Shown here one piece after another: positions 1 through 11,689 of a DNA stretch of 64,000 bases. This stretch comes from Octopus vulgaris (lineage: Eukaryota). Location of the stretch: the NCBI GenBank assembly GCA_951406725.2, contig OX597837.1, positions 22,692,001 through 22,756,000 of the forward strand, in the 5' to 3' direction. Both the position numbers and the translations under genes were made by a program. The notes under the pieces are model-generated. The model did not search any database and was not told where the DNA came from. It worked only from the letters and a program-made list of their open reading frames with translations. The number at the start of each line of letters is the position of its first letter. Positions within the stretch are counted from its first letter, which is position 1.

Positions 1-549
1 TTTTTATTCACAACACACATACAAACCAGATGTGACACTTCCTGATCTCCAGTAGTAGAGAGCCATTGTGATACTTTTCATATTAGATCCTCTGATGAAT
101 ATTGCCTTATGCTCTTCCCTAACTCATGTGCGAAACTCATTGTAAAATCAGCTGAAATGGAGCTATAATATAGAATAAATATTAATATACTCACTTTATT
201 TGCTTGTTTTTTTTCTCATATATATATATATTGGCTGATGAGTGCTCAGCATTTTAAAACTGTTGTAATACTTACAACATTTAATAAGATGATGTAGTAC
301 AAAACGATCGTACTAAATTACCGGAGTCATTCTTGTGGCTTATTTTGAATATATATATATATATATCGGGTGGCACATAAAAAGCACCCACTACACTCAC
401 GGAGTGGTTGGCGTTAGGAAGGGCATCCAGCTGTAGAAACATTGCCAGATAAGACTGGAGCCTGGTGCAGCCTTCTGGCTTCCCAGATCCCCGGTCGAAC
501 CGTCCAATCCATGCTAGCATGGAGAACGGACGTTAAATGATGATGATGA

Positions 550-609
<60 letters not shown>

Positions 610-861
610 TTACAGACATGCTTTTTTCTCTTTCTTTCTGTCTGAGAATGTGTCTTAACACATGCCCAACATATTTCATTTGGTATATATTTACCCCTAT
701 TTCACTCATCAAAAATACTTCTGACAATTTACATATATCGCTGCTCCAGCATGACCAGAAGCAACACTGGTGTAAATCAACAAGTGGAGACCAAGAGCTG
801 GCAAACTCCCATCTAGATATTTTCCCACCGTCAGTCGTCTTTAGCTGGAACAGGCTTCTTT

Positions 862-1243
862 TTTCTTTCTTTTTACTTGTTTCAGTCATTTGACTGTGGC
901 CATGCTGGAGCACCGCCTTTTAGTTGAGCAAATCGACCCCAGGTCTTATTCTTTGTAAGCCTAGTACTTATTCTATCAGTCTCTTTTGCTGAACCGCTAA
1001 GTAATGGGGACGTAAACATACCAGCATCGGTTGTCGAGTGATGTTGGGGGGACAAACACAGACACACACATATATATACGACAGGCTTCTTTCAGTTTCC
1101 ATCTACCAAATCCACTCACAAGGCTTTGGTTGGCCTGAGGCTATAGTAGAAGACACTTTCCCAAGGTGCCACGCAGTGGGACTGAACCCGGAACCGTGTG
1201 GTTGGTAAGCAGGCTACTTACCACACAGTCACTCCTGCGCCTA
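862..1243 (-). mobile_element. tRNA-derived SINE (family II; other copies near 6632-7045+, 19710-20075+, 56220-56480-, 59320-59480-, 63190-63600-)
   Basis: Head TAGGCGCAGGAGTGACTGTGTGGTAAG...GGTTCAGTCCC has A and B boxes; many diverged copies in the window. Confidence 0.85.
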
Positions 1244-1346
1244 TAAAATAGTCCCATCTCTCTCAGTCAAGCCATTAATATTTACTTACAAAGCTAAGTA
1301 ACAACAACAACAACAGCAGCAGCAACATATATATAAAAGCACCAAC

Positions 1347-1466
1347 CTGTTTTTCTTGTATATGAATCAGAAAATTTGAGACACTGGATTGCTTCTTTGG
1401 AAACATTTTCAAGACTGGACATACTGGAGCTTCTCGACCGAGAGAAGGAGGATCCATCATTTTTAT
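1347..1466 (-). CDS. STXBP5: Tomosyn internal coding exon (120 nt, phase 1 to 1), first constant exon after the hypervariable domain
   Basis: (D)KNDGSSFSRSRSSSMSSLENVSKEAIQCLKFSDSYTRKT, versus tomosyn KDNSFSRSRSSSVTSIDKESREAISALHFCETFTRKT. Acceptor gttacag, donor GTTGGT. Confidence 0.93.
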
Positions 1467-2028
1467 CTGTAACATGTAACACAGTTTAGAGATTAATTTG
1501 GAGTTATTTGATGCAGAAAGATTTCAAATTCAAATAGCTTAAGTGTCAGTCTTGTCACAAGTCTGTATATCAGAGATAAATCCCAACAGGTTCTCTCTTG
1601 CACTGAATACACAGAGAGCTAATTTTTCACTCCTATCTGAGCTATATGTTGTATTATTTATATCCACTAATAGCTTTCATTTGCCATGGTAATCCCTCAT
1701 CCTCATTTTCCATACCAGTAAGGTTTGGATAGTGTGATAGGCTCAGGAAAACAACAGAGCTGTGCTGAACTACAGTGTAAGCTTTGGCATATTTTCTATG
1801 GCTGGATGCCTTTCCTAATGCTCACCACCTTATGCTTTTTATATGGCACCAGCACTAGTGAGGTCACCAAGCAAGCCACAAGACAGAAAAGAATGAGAGA
1901 AGCCCCATAACTGTGCGTGTGAGGGTATAAGTAAGAGGAATTTAGACCAGGTGCTGAAAGTCTAAAGTATGACAGAAGGACAAGATCAGGTGTCTTCCTA
2001 TAGAGTACATAAATTAATATATTAAGTA

Positions 2029-3669
2029 TTGGGTCATCTCATGAATAATGTGGTTTTTTTCAATTGTATGAACTAAAACTCGGAGGGGAACAGGATAAAC
2101 TACTTGCATCAACTTACTATAAAAGCAGGTAATAATTTTACTTTGTACTTATTCCTAGTGCAAGTTTTGAAGAGTGCAGTTCGATTTTAAGTTATTTTTT
2201 CAAAGCTAAAATGGAAATGACAAAGGAGCATATTTGGCATATTCTGCTTTATGAGTTCAATAAAGGCAACACTCCAATGGAAAATGTGAGGAATATTCAT
2301 GCAGTATATTGGGATCGGACAATAAGTGTAAGCCAGTGTCAACAGTTGTTCCAGAAATTCTGAGCTGGAGACTAAGGCCTAGAAGATATGCCTCATCCTG
2401 GAAGATATGTAGAGCTCCACAAGGACATCCTTCAAATCCTGGTGGAACAAAATCCCATCGTAACTGTTGAGGAACTAGCAGAGAGTCTTGGATCTGGTCA
2501 TTCAACCATTCATCGACACCTGTGTGCCATCAGAAAAGTCAGCAAATTGGGTCAATGGGTTCCTCACAAACTTTCCGAGTCTAATTGCATGCAGAGTGAA
2601 TGTGTGCTCTCCTTTGCTGTCACGTCTCATGAATGAACCTTTTCGGATCGAATAGTGACTGGTGATGAATGGGTTCTCTATAAAAATGTCAAGCACTGAA
2701 GACAGTGGGTAAGGAAAGGAGAAACTCCAGCACCCCAGGCTAAAGAAGGTCTTCACCCACGTAAAGTGTTGTTATCTGTTTCATCGGATATGAAAGGTTT
2801 AATCCACTTTGAACTTTTAAACCCAAACCAAATGATAACAATGGAGATCTACTGAGAGTAGCTTGAGTGGCTTAAGTCAGTGCTAGAAGAAAAACAACCA
2901 TCTTTGGTTTCATGATAAAAAGTGTTCTTCCATCAGGATAATGCTCGGCCACTTACAGTGAGGGTGACATTCCAAAGGCTGGAGCAGTTTTAATGGGAAA
3001 CAATGCCCCACCCACCATATTCACTGGACATTGCCCCATCTGATTAAAATTTATTCCACAGGCTTCAGAATCATTTGGACAGAAAAAATATGAATTCTGT
3101 AGATGAGGTTGGAACAGATCTGGAAGAGTATTTTTTGTCAAAGACAAGTGAATTTTGGAAGAGGGACCTTGCAAGTCTACCAGATAGATGGAAGAGCATT
3201 GTAGAAAACGAAGGAGGGTATATTTTAGGTTAAAAACGAAGCTCCGGCATCTGGCAACGGACTTGGTAGACACCCACAAAGTTATCAACCACCTCACCAA
3301 CAACAACACTGAACACCTTTTTGATCTCCATGTGTCTAACACACGTGGACATGCCTACAAAGTCAGAACACAACGCAGCTCCCATGACTTTCGGAAACAT
3401 TTTTTCACGCTCAGAGTTGCTGAAGCATGGAATAAACTGCCTGCGTCAGTTGTTGACTGCCATGACACTGCATCCTTTAAGGCCCTCATGCTTTCCGAAA
3501 CCCGCCGAAACTACACCTGATTATATATACACTTTAGATGAGTTGTAGTGCACCTGAGCACTGTACACAATTAATATTATTATTATTATTATTTAAAAAA
3601 GAACTTTGTTTATCTTAATTTTGAAAAATATAAGTATAAAAATACCTCATTATTTATGTGATGACCCAA
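2029..3669 (+). mobile_element. Decayed full-length mariner (DD34D-type) DNA transposon with a nested LINE fragment
   Basis: TIRs TTGGGTCATC... and ...GATGACCCAA flanked by TA. Broken transposase with WVPHKL, RIVTGDEW, HQDNARP and YSLDIAPSD motifs; many stops and frameshifts. Confidence 0.92.
3237..3592 (+). mobile_element. 5'-truncated CR1-group LINE 3' end inserted in the mariner
   Basis: ORF C-terminus NTRGHAYKV...RKHFFTLRVAEAWNKLPASVV is typical of CR1 ORF2. (TTA)n tail and apparent TTAAAAA target duplication. Confidence 0.85.
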
Positions 3670-4099
3670 TAATTTCATATTTCTTAATGTACATAAATAT
3701 AACTGCCGTATGCACAGATTGAAACCATGCAGACAAAATCAAATGAAAACCACAGTTAATATTCAATCATTGCAAAATATTCTAGGAGGTACTTATAATA
3801 ACAGTTCCAGACACTAGTAAGGTAGTCAAGTAGAAATATAGAAGAACTGCCAACTACTGCATTAACAACTGTTTTAATAGGGACATTTTCAAAAGTTTAA
3901 TGTCCAGAATTATTCTAAGATGGTACCTTTCTAAATGGTGCTAGCTGTTATATTATTAGCAGAAGAAATACATTAAAGATATTAAGTGTCTAAAATGAGT
4001 TGTTAGTCAGAAAATAATTCTCCTGGCTATCAACCTTATCTTTACAGTGTATATTGTGTGTGTTTACAACATTTATGAGTACATTAAATGTGTGTGCTT

Positions 4100-4372
4100 G
4101 TGGGTATATATATGTATGTACATATATATATGTATGTATATACATATATGTATGTATATACATATATGTATGTATATACATATATGTATGTATGTACATA
4201 TATGTATGTATATACATATATGTATGTATATACATATATGTATGTATGTACATATATGTATGTATATACATGTATGTATGTATGTACATATATGTATGTA
4301 TATACATGTATGTATGTATATACATGTATGTATGTACATGTATGTATGTATGTATGTATGTATGTATGTATG

Positions 4373-4420
<48 letters not shown>

Positions 4421-4432
4421 CACACACACACA
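4100..4432. repeat. Compound (TATG)n/(TA)n/18-bp microsatellite
   Basis: Direct inspection; source of the six-frame YIHT/CMYI ORFs. Confidence 0.95.
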
Positions 4433-4797
4433 TCATAAAGACAAGGTTAATAGTTTGGAAAATTACAACATCAAAGTTACTTTTTCTTATGTGATTTTTA
4501 AGACAAAAAAACATTATTAACTATCTGGTTCACTAGTCTACTGTCCGTCCATGTAATTATTTGTCCGGTAAACACATGGATTATATTGTCGTGGAGCAAC
4601 CAGTTTCACTGAATGGTCACGGATGAAGTTTTCTTCTTCCATAACTGCTCATGTAACTCTTAACAGTTGATCGTATTTACATTTATTAAGCACAAAACTT
4701 TAAAAGAAAACCAAGAAATCAATTCAGTATGGAAATCAAATGAACCAACTTATTCAATGCCTTCAACAGATGATAGAATTTAGCAATTTTGTGTGAG

Positions 4798-4857
<60 letters not shown>

Positions 4858-4952
4858 TAAGTTGTGTGTATATATACACACACACATATGCATGTCTATA
4901 TATTCATGTATATATACATACATATACGTATGTCTATTTTCATGTATGTATG

Positions 4953-4997
<45 letters not shown>

Positions 4998-5663
4998 TCA
5001 TGTATATATACATATATATATATCATTATTATTATTAAAAATGAAATATAATACCAAATGTATGGCATAAAAAATAACCAAAATCTATGGCATGGAATTA
5101 TTGAAAAATAAAATTAAAACAAAAACACATACAATAAAAAAAGATAAAAACAAAAATATTTTTTTCCCTCTTGAAATGAAGCATGTAGTTTTAATGTCAA
5201 GACAAAAGCCCACACACTTTCAAAATCCAAAAATTGGTTGAGAAGACAACAGAAGGAATATTACTAACTGAAGAAAATCTCATATCAGCATGTTAGGAGT
5301 TTAAAACAACCCTAACTTCCTCTGTAAGAATATTTTCTCTACCTTCAAGACATAACAGAGCCAGAAAATTATTCCATTCGTTAAAAACCTTCAAACAATA
5401 CAAATATGTGTGTCCTATCATGTAACGGCAAATTGTAGTAAAGATGAAAAGTAATTGATACCCAAACAATAATATCCAGTAGAATAACTTAACAGTAAAT
5501 AAAAAAACAAACAACAAAAGAACTTAAAAAATTACATTCCTTTATTGGAAGAGAAAAGAGAGGATAAGTCACATGCTTAGAATGGTTTAAATTCAGGTTT
5601 TTTAACTTAAATGACTGCTTGAAGATTTTGCAAAACTTCCAGTACAAAAGACAGACACTACCC

Positions 5664-5895
5664 ATTTCTTTACTACCCACAAGGGGCTAAACACAGAGAG
5701 GACAAACAAGGACAGACAAACGGATTAAGTCGATTATATCGATTCCAGTACGTAACTGGTACTTATTTAATCGACCCCGAAAGGATGAAAGGCAAAGTTG
5801 ACATTGGTGGAATTTGAACTCAGAACGTAGCGGCAGACGAAATACCGCTAAGCATTTCGCCCGGCGTGCTAACGATTCTACCAGCTCGCCACCTT
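5664..5895 (-). mobile_element. tRNA-derived SINE (family I; copies near 7983, 8660, 9535, 15590, 26625, 38507, 38803, 43425, 45095)
   Basis: Head AAGGTGGCGAGCTGGTAGAATCGTTAGC...GAGTTCAAATTCC; resembles the octopus OK/OR-type SINEs. Confidence 0.85.
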
Positions 5896-6631
5896 AAACA
5901 GACACTACCACTTTATTGCTCATCACAAATGCTAAACTGTTTTTTACTATAATAAACCACAAAAAAACACATATGGTAAGAGACATTTTCCTCAGATTCC
6001 TTCTAGGAAAATCCCAGATTTCATGTTTAATGGCTTACATGGATTATAAGACCAAATTATATTAGATTAACAACAGAACACTCATTTCGGAGACTACAGG
6101 CATGGTATGAAAAAAAAAACCCAATCAAATTAGAGAATCATAAATGGTAAATTGTGAAGTGAGGAGAGACTGAAGTCATATATGCATGTGTGAATATAGA
6201 CACACAAACACACACACACGTGTTTTATCAATTTCAATCATTCTTATTTGGTTAATTTCATGTCAACATTTTTATAGCAGACTTCAGCAAAACAATTAGG
6301 CAACCAATCTAATTAATTACTATCAGAAAGGAATATAGAATGATAAACTGATATCCCCACCATTCGATAAAACATCTGAAATATGCTATCAATATCATAA
6401 AAAAGAAAAAGGAAACCAAAAAGGCAAATATATACTTGTATTTGAAAACATTGCTTTTTTTTTTGTAACACAAATACATTGTTAGAGTATGTATTACTGC
6501 CATACACCAGTGGATTTTAATCAATATATTAGTGGACTTTAAATCAATACAGCAGTAGATTTTAATCAATATTCTAGTGGTTTACATTTAGAATTGAAAA
6601 AAGCTTCAAGAAATTAAAAAATTTATTTAAT

Positions 6632-7045
6632 GGGTGCAGATGTGGCTGTGTGGTAAGAAGTTTGTTTCCCAACCATGTGGTTCTGGGCTCAGTCCCACTG
6701 TGTGGCACCTAGGGAATGTGTCTTCTACTATAGCCTTGAGCTGACCAAAGCCTTGTGAGTGGATTTGCTAGATAGGAACTGGAAGAAGTTTGTCATATAT
6801 ATATATATATATATGTATCTATGTGTGTGTGTCTTTGTTTGTCCTCCCCCACTGCTCGACAACCAGTGTTGGTGTGTTTAGATCTCTATAACTTAGTGGT
6901 TCAGCAAAAGAGACTGATAGAATAAGTACCAGGATTTAAAAAAAAAAAGTAAGTACTGGGGTTGATTAGCTCAACTAAAATGCTTCAAGGCAGTGCCCCA
7001 GCATGGCTGCAGTCTAATGACTGAAACAAGTAAAAGATAAAAAAT
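6632..7045 (+). mobile_element. tRNA-derived SINE (family II), inverted relative to the copy at 862-1243
   Basis: Same head and body, with an internal (TA)n/(TG)n tract. Confidence 0.85.
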
Positions 7046-8814
7046 AAATGGTGTATTTTGAAGTGAATACAGCTATAAACTACAGCTTGTAATATCACTG
7101 TATAGACCAGACTATTGAATGCTGTTACACACTGCTGGTCACAATGCACTTCCTTGCATTGTGGTAGTTTCTGAATGATGCTGACCCACGGGCTATCAGG
7201 CAGGCCAACATTTCCCTTGAACAGAACACAAATTTGTTGCAGGGTTACTCATTTACAGCTGAGTGGACTTGAGCAATGTGAAATGAGGTGTTTTGCTCAA
7301 AAGACACAGTGCACTGTCAGTTTGGGAAATGAAACTATGAGCTTGTGATTGTGAATGCAAAATCCTTTACCATTAGGGCATGAGCCTTCATGGTTGTAAT
7401 ATATCGGATTAAAACCCTGCCTGGATGGAAAACAGGCCAAAGGCTTACTGTTGGATTTGAACCATGCATCTTTTATACACTGGTTGATTAGTAACAATGG
7501 TGAATGTAACTAAACTGAAACAAAGGCATTGAATAATGTTTGAATTAGAAAATAAAATAAATAGAATTCTATGAAAAGTTGAATGTGATGCTAGGATTTT
7601 AAAGAATGAGTATATTTATTATGAATGTGGGCATCAGGTGTAAGAAGTCAAAAATAATTGGTTAAATATGGTAATGGTTGGCAGATAAAGATTTTTAATC
7701 AAATATTAAAATGTTTTCTAATTTATAAATCTAACATTCTAATTAGGACTAAATGGAAGTAATGGCATTTTGTTTTAAAAGGCTTTAAAAATTTTTGTTT
7801 CTTTATTAACAGCATTGTTAATCACTGCATTCCTAGCATTAATTAAATCTTACTTATAAATACGTGTAATTCTATTTTGTGCATGAAAAACAAAGCTGTA
7901 CATTTTCAATGTTTCAAATGGAAAGAGATCTTTTGAAAATCAGAAATAATTGCAATCCTATGATGATATCATAGCTGATTTAGGTTTCAAATTTTGGCAC
8001 AAGGCCAGCAATTTTTGGCGAGGGGTAAGTTGATTACATTGACTTCAGTGTATAACTAGTACTTATTCCGTTGACCCCAAAAGGATGAAAGGCAAAGTTA
8101 ACCTCAGAATGTAAAGATGAAATGCCAGTAAGCATTTTGCCAGGTGTGCTAACGATTCTGCTAGCTTGCCACCTACCACAGCTGATAGGATTAACATAGG
8201 ATTGAAACTGCTTATTCACAAAGAACAAATTGGACTGAGTGGTATTCATGCCTTTCTCAAGATCATTACTGAACAACTTTTACCTGTAAAGCTCTAATGA
8301 TGATTACAATGATAGGAAGACTCTGGAGGAAATTAGGTATTGTTATGCTTGTGGTACCAAGGGAATCCAGAGGCACAAATTTTGGTGATACAATACATAT
8401 ATCGATGAAATTTCTACATAGGCTGGATGAATTAATGTAGACCACACACACTCACAGATAGCAGGTATAGTTTACTTGACACCACTGTTTGATCTAACAC
8501 TGCCACCTATTTTCACACCACTACCTGGTCTAACACTACATTGCCTGAACAGTAAATGATCATAAGCACCCAGTGATTTTTCAGGAGGCCAAGCACCAAT
8601 CTTGGTCTTTTCTTAACTTCATGACTCAGAATTGCAGCTTTGTCAAGTGCTGAAATGGTACTAATTTCCTCGACTCCAAGAGGATGAAAGGTAAACAGTA
8701 AAGTCAACCTTGGCAGGATTTGAACTCAAGATGTAAAACTGGAACAAATGCTGCTAAGTACTGTGTCTGGCATGCAAGTATGTCTGCCAGCTTGCAACCT
8801 TAATAATAATAGTA

Positions 8815-9390
8815 ATAATAAATGCCCTGATGCAGTACCAGATAATGGCTCTCATGGCTTCTGTTCTTAACTGATTGAAAGTGTTATCATGTATATTGCT
8901 TTGTCTTGGTATAAAAGATGGGCTAGAGTAAATATTTTGCCCAATACCACAGATTTGCTTGTCAGTTGTTTGACCTTAATCAGTTGAGAATGTCCCTTAG
9001 TGGATGACAATATATGCATCTCTGATCACGAGCAGAAGTAGAGGGGGAGCATCATAGTCGTGTGTTGAAAGGAATTCTTGGAGGTTTGGATAATTCCCCT
9101 TTGGAAACATGGGTAGTTCGTTTAACGTCCTTAAAAAATCCTTATTCAGGGAAATTTTGAGCAGGATGGCCTACTCAACCTGAAGAAAATTCTAACTGGG
9201 ACCCACCTGCGAGGTCATGCAATGTTTATCTTGATATGAGATCACCTTGTCATGCACATATGGTTGCACTGCATGTGCCTGGTGTACCCTTATCAGATGG
9301 GTAGTCATGATGGGTATACTGGGCTTCGTATATTTTACCCCAGTGTCACTTTGATGGTATGTACTGCTCTCGCACTCAATAATAATAATA
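8815..9390 (+). mobile_element. Unclassified interspersed repeat inserted in (TAA)n
   Basis: Higher-GC block bounded by TAA runs, with no convincing ORF; probably a retroposon 3' UTR. Confidence 0.4.
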
Positions 9391-9762
9391 ATAAAAATAA
9401 TAGTACTTTCAATACAGTGAAAATAAGAACACCACAACAAACCACAGCACATACCCAATACACACAGAGCTGCACTTGGAAGTGCAGTGAAAGCACGTGA
9501 TAAAAATAAGACCACTGAATAATAATCATAATGATTTCAAATTTTGGCACAAGGCTAGCAATTTCAGGGAAGGGGTAAGTCAATTGCATTGACCCCAGTG
9601 CTTCACTAGTACTTAATTTATTGACCCTGAAAGGATGAAAGGAAAAGTCGACCATGGTGGAATTTGAACTCAGAATGTAAAAACAGGCAAAATACCATGA
9701 AACATTTTGCCTGGTGCACTAACGATTCTGCCAGCTTGATGCCTTAATAATAATAATGATAA

Positions 9763-10310
9763 TCAAGAAAAGACATGACAACCTAGGGAGTGTAATCCAC
9801 TGGGAGTCATGTAGAAAGCTAGGATTTGAATGTACTGATAAATTGTATGAACATGAACCTAGTAAAGTACTAGAAAGTAAGAAATATAAAATGTTGTAGG
9901 ACTTCAACATTCAGACCAACACAGTAGAAGGCCTGATTTAGTAGCAGTAAATAAAGAGAATAGAAAGAACCAGATAATTGACTTTACAGTCCCAAATGAT
10001 GAAAAAACCAATATGAGAGGTATAGAAAAAATAGCAAAGTACCAGGACCTATCCATTGAAATACAGAGACTATGGAAAGTGCGGGTAAAATGTATCTCAA
10101 TAGTTATAGGTGCATTGAGAACTACCCTTAAAGATTTGAACAGATGGATAGAAGAAATAGGCATAAAACCCAATTTAGTACAGCTCCAGAAAACAGTGTT
10201 ATTAGGGACAGTTAGGATACTTAGAAGGGTTCTTGGCATCTAAGGTTACTTGTTGGAGCCCGATGTTAGGATTTTTCTTTTCCAGCAGTCAAATCTATTG
10301 TGTGTATATG
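9763..10310 (+). mobile_element. R4/Dong-clade non-LTR retrotransposon 3' fragment (REL endonuclease)
   Basis: RHD..IHW, RRPD, IIDFTVP, EKIAKYQDLSIEIQRLW, IVIGAL, LQKTVLLGTVRILRRVL. Flanked on both sides by (TAA)n, the known Dong target. Confidence 0.87.
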
Positions 10311-11634
10311 AATAATAATAATAAGAAAAAATTATCAGGGAGATTTTAAATACTTGAAAGACCATTGAAAGCTTGTGGATAACTAAGGTAACATGTAGTA
10401 ACCTGTTACCACATTAATTCTACCAGGAACAAGAATGGACCTGAGTCAAATCAATAATAATAATAATAGTACTGATAATAATAGTATATATAATAATAGT
10501 AGGGGCACTGGGTGAATTAACAACTAGGTTTGAGAAATTTGTTGGAGAAATTGGGATTGACACAAGGGCATTGGTGTAGCTTTCAATGCCAAAATGTGGA
10601 ACATATATACATATACATATATAGTAATTAGTGAAAAATATGAGGTGATAGCAGGTCACTTCTTTTAAGAATGGAACTTGAAACTGACAAGCAAATAGGG
10701 CAGTGCCTGGCCAGCAATTCCATATTTGGACTAAGGTATCAGCAAACATGCTTCATGTGATAATTTCCTGCTAATGATATCGTGTTGTGATTTGATGACC
10801 TACTGTCATTTAGATCAACAACCAAATTGTTTGTTTTACATGCTAAAAGACTATAGAACATTTGAGAACCAGTTCCTTTGACTCCAGTTTTATTACTTCT
10901 TAAGGAAAGCCAGGAACCTGGCTTCTCTTTAGAAATTACCTTGTCTGCTATAAGACACCAAATCCATTTGCAACATGATTAAAAGACAATTTTCTCATTC
11001 ACCTTCATTATCAATTCTTGTCTTATATGCATGCGAAGACATAACAGGAATTTCCAAATTGGTGTATTTTATCAGCTTCGAATATATATTTGGGAGTTTA
11101 CTTAGCAACAACAAATTTTATGATGAAATAACATGCACCTTTCAAACCCTTGTTCTTCACAACAACACATCTTTCAATCAAGATAAAAGTTCAAATCACT
11201 GCCACAAATAATGCAATGTATTCTTAGACTAAAAACCAATTACTTCTATTTGTCAAAATAAAGGCTGTGTTGTGTGTTTGTATATAAACACACACACAAA
11301 GAAAAAAACCAAGTCGTACAATGTACACATCCTAACTGACACCATGAACTAAACCTCTCCATCAGTGTTGAAAGGTTGGTACCTTATCTAATGGTTTAAT
11401 TGATACTCAATCAACTGAAGTAAGAAAAAATAAAAACAAAAAAACAAACAACATAACTCCAAAACAAAGGGTTAACGATTACCACCCAAACTTCACGTCT
11501 GAGTGGTTAGCACTCAGAAGTAATATCCTGCTGCAAAATCTAATTAGTCTATAAGTTCATGCAAATATCCCAAAATTTGCAGACCTTTTCAACCCAAGCA
11601 AGCTGAGAGATAACATACTCATAATGAGAGAGAG

Positions 11635-11689
<55 letters not shown>

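Noticed and set aside
533-913. ORF containing LKTTDGGKISRWEFASSW as the next tomosyn exon
   Set aside because: A phase-1 join from exon 1347 hits TGA within five codons, and there is no match to the expected PCLWVGT segment. The next exon must lie outside the window.
2388-2636. Transposase ORF as an active or domesticated SETMAR-like gene
   Set aside because: Multiple stops and frameshifts in the transposase, plus a LINE inserted at its 3' end.
3990-5070. Many overlapping ORFs up to 174 aa (also near 58003-58818, 22024-22600, 31789-32046)
   Set aside because: They are translations of TA/TATG/TAA microsatellites that happen to lack stops.
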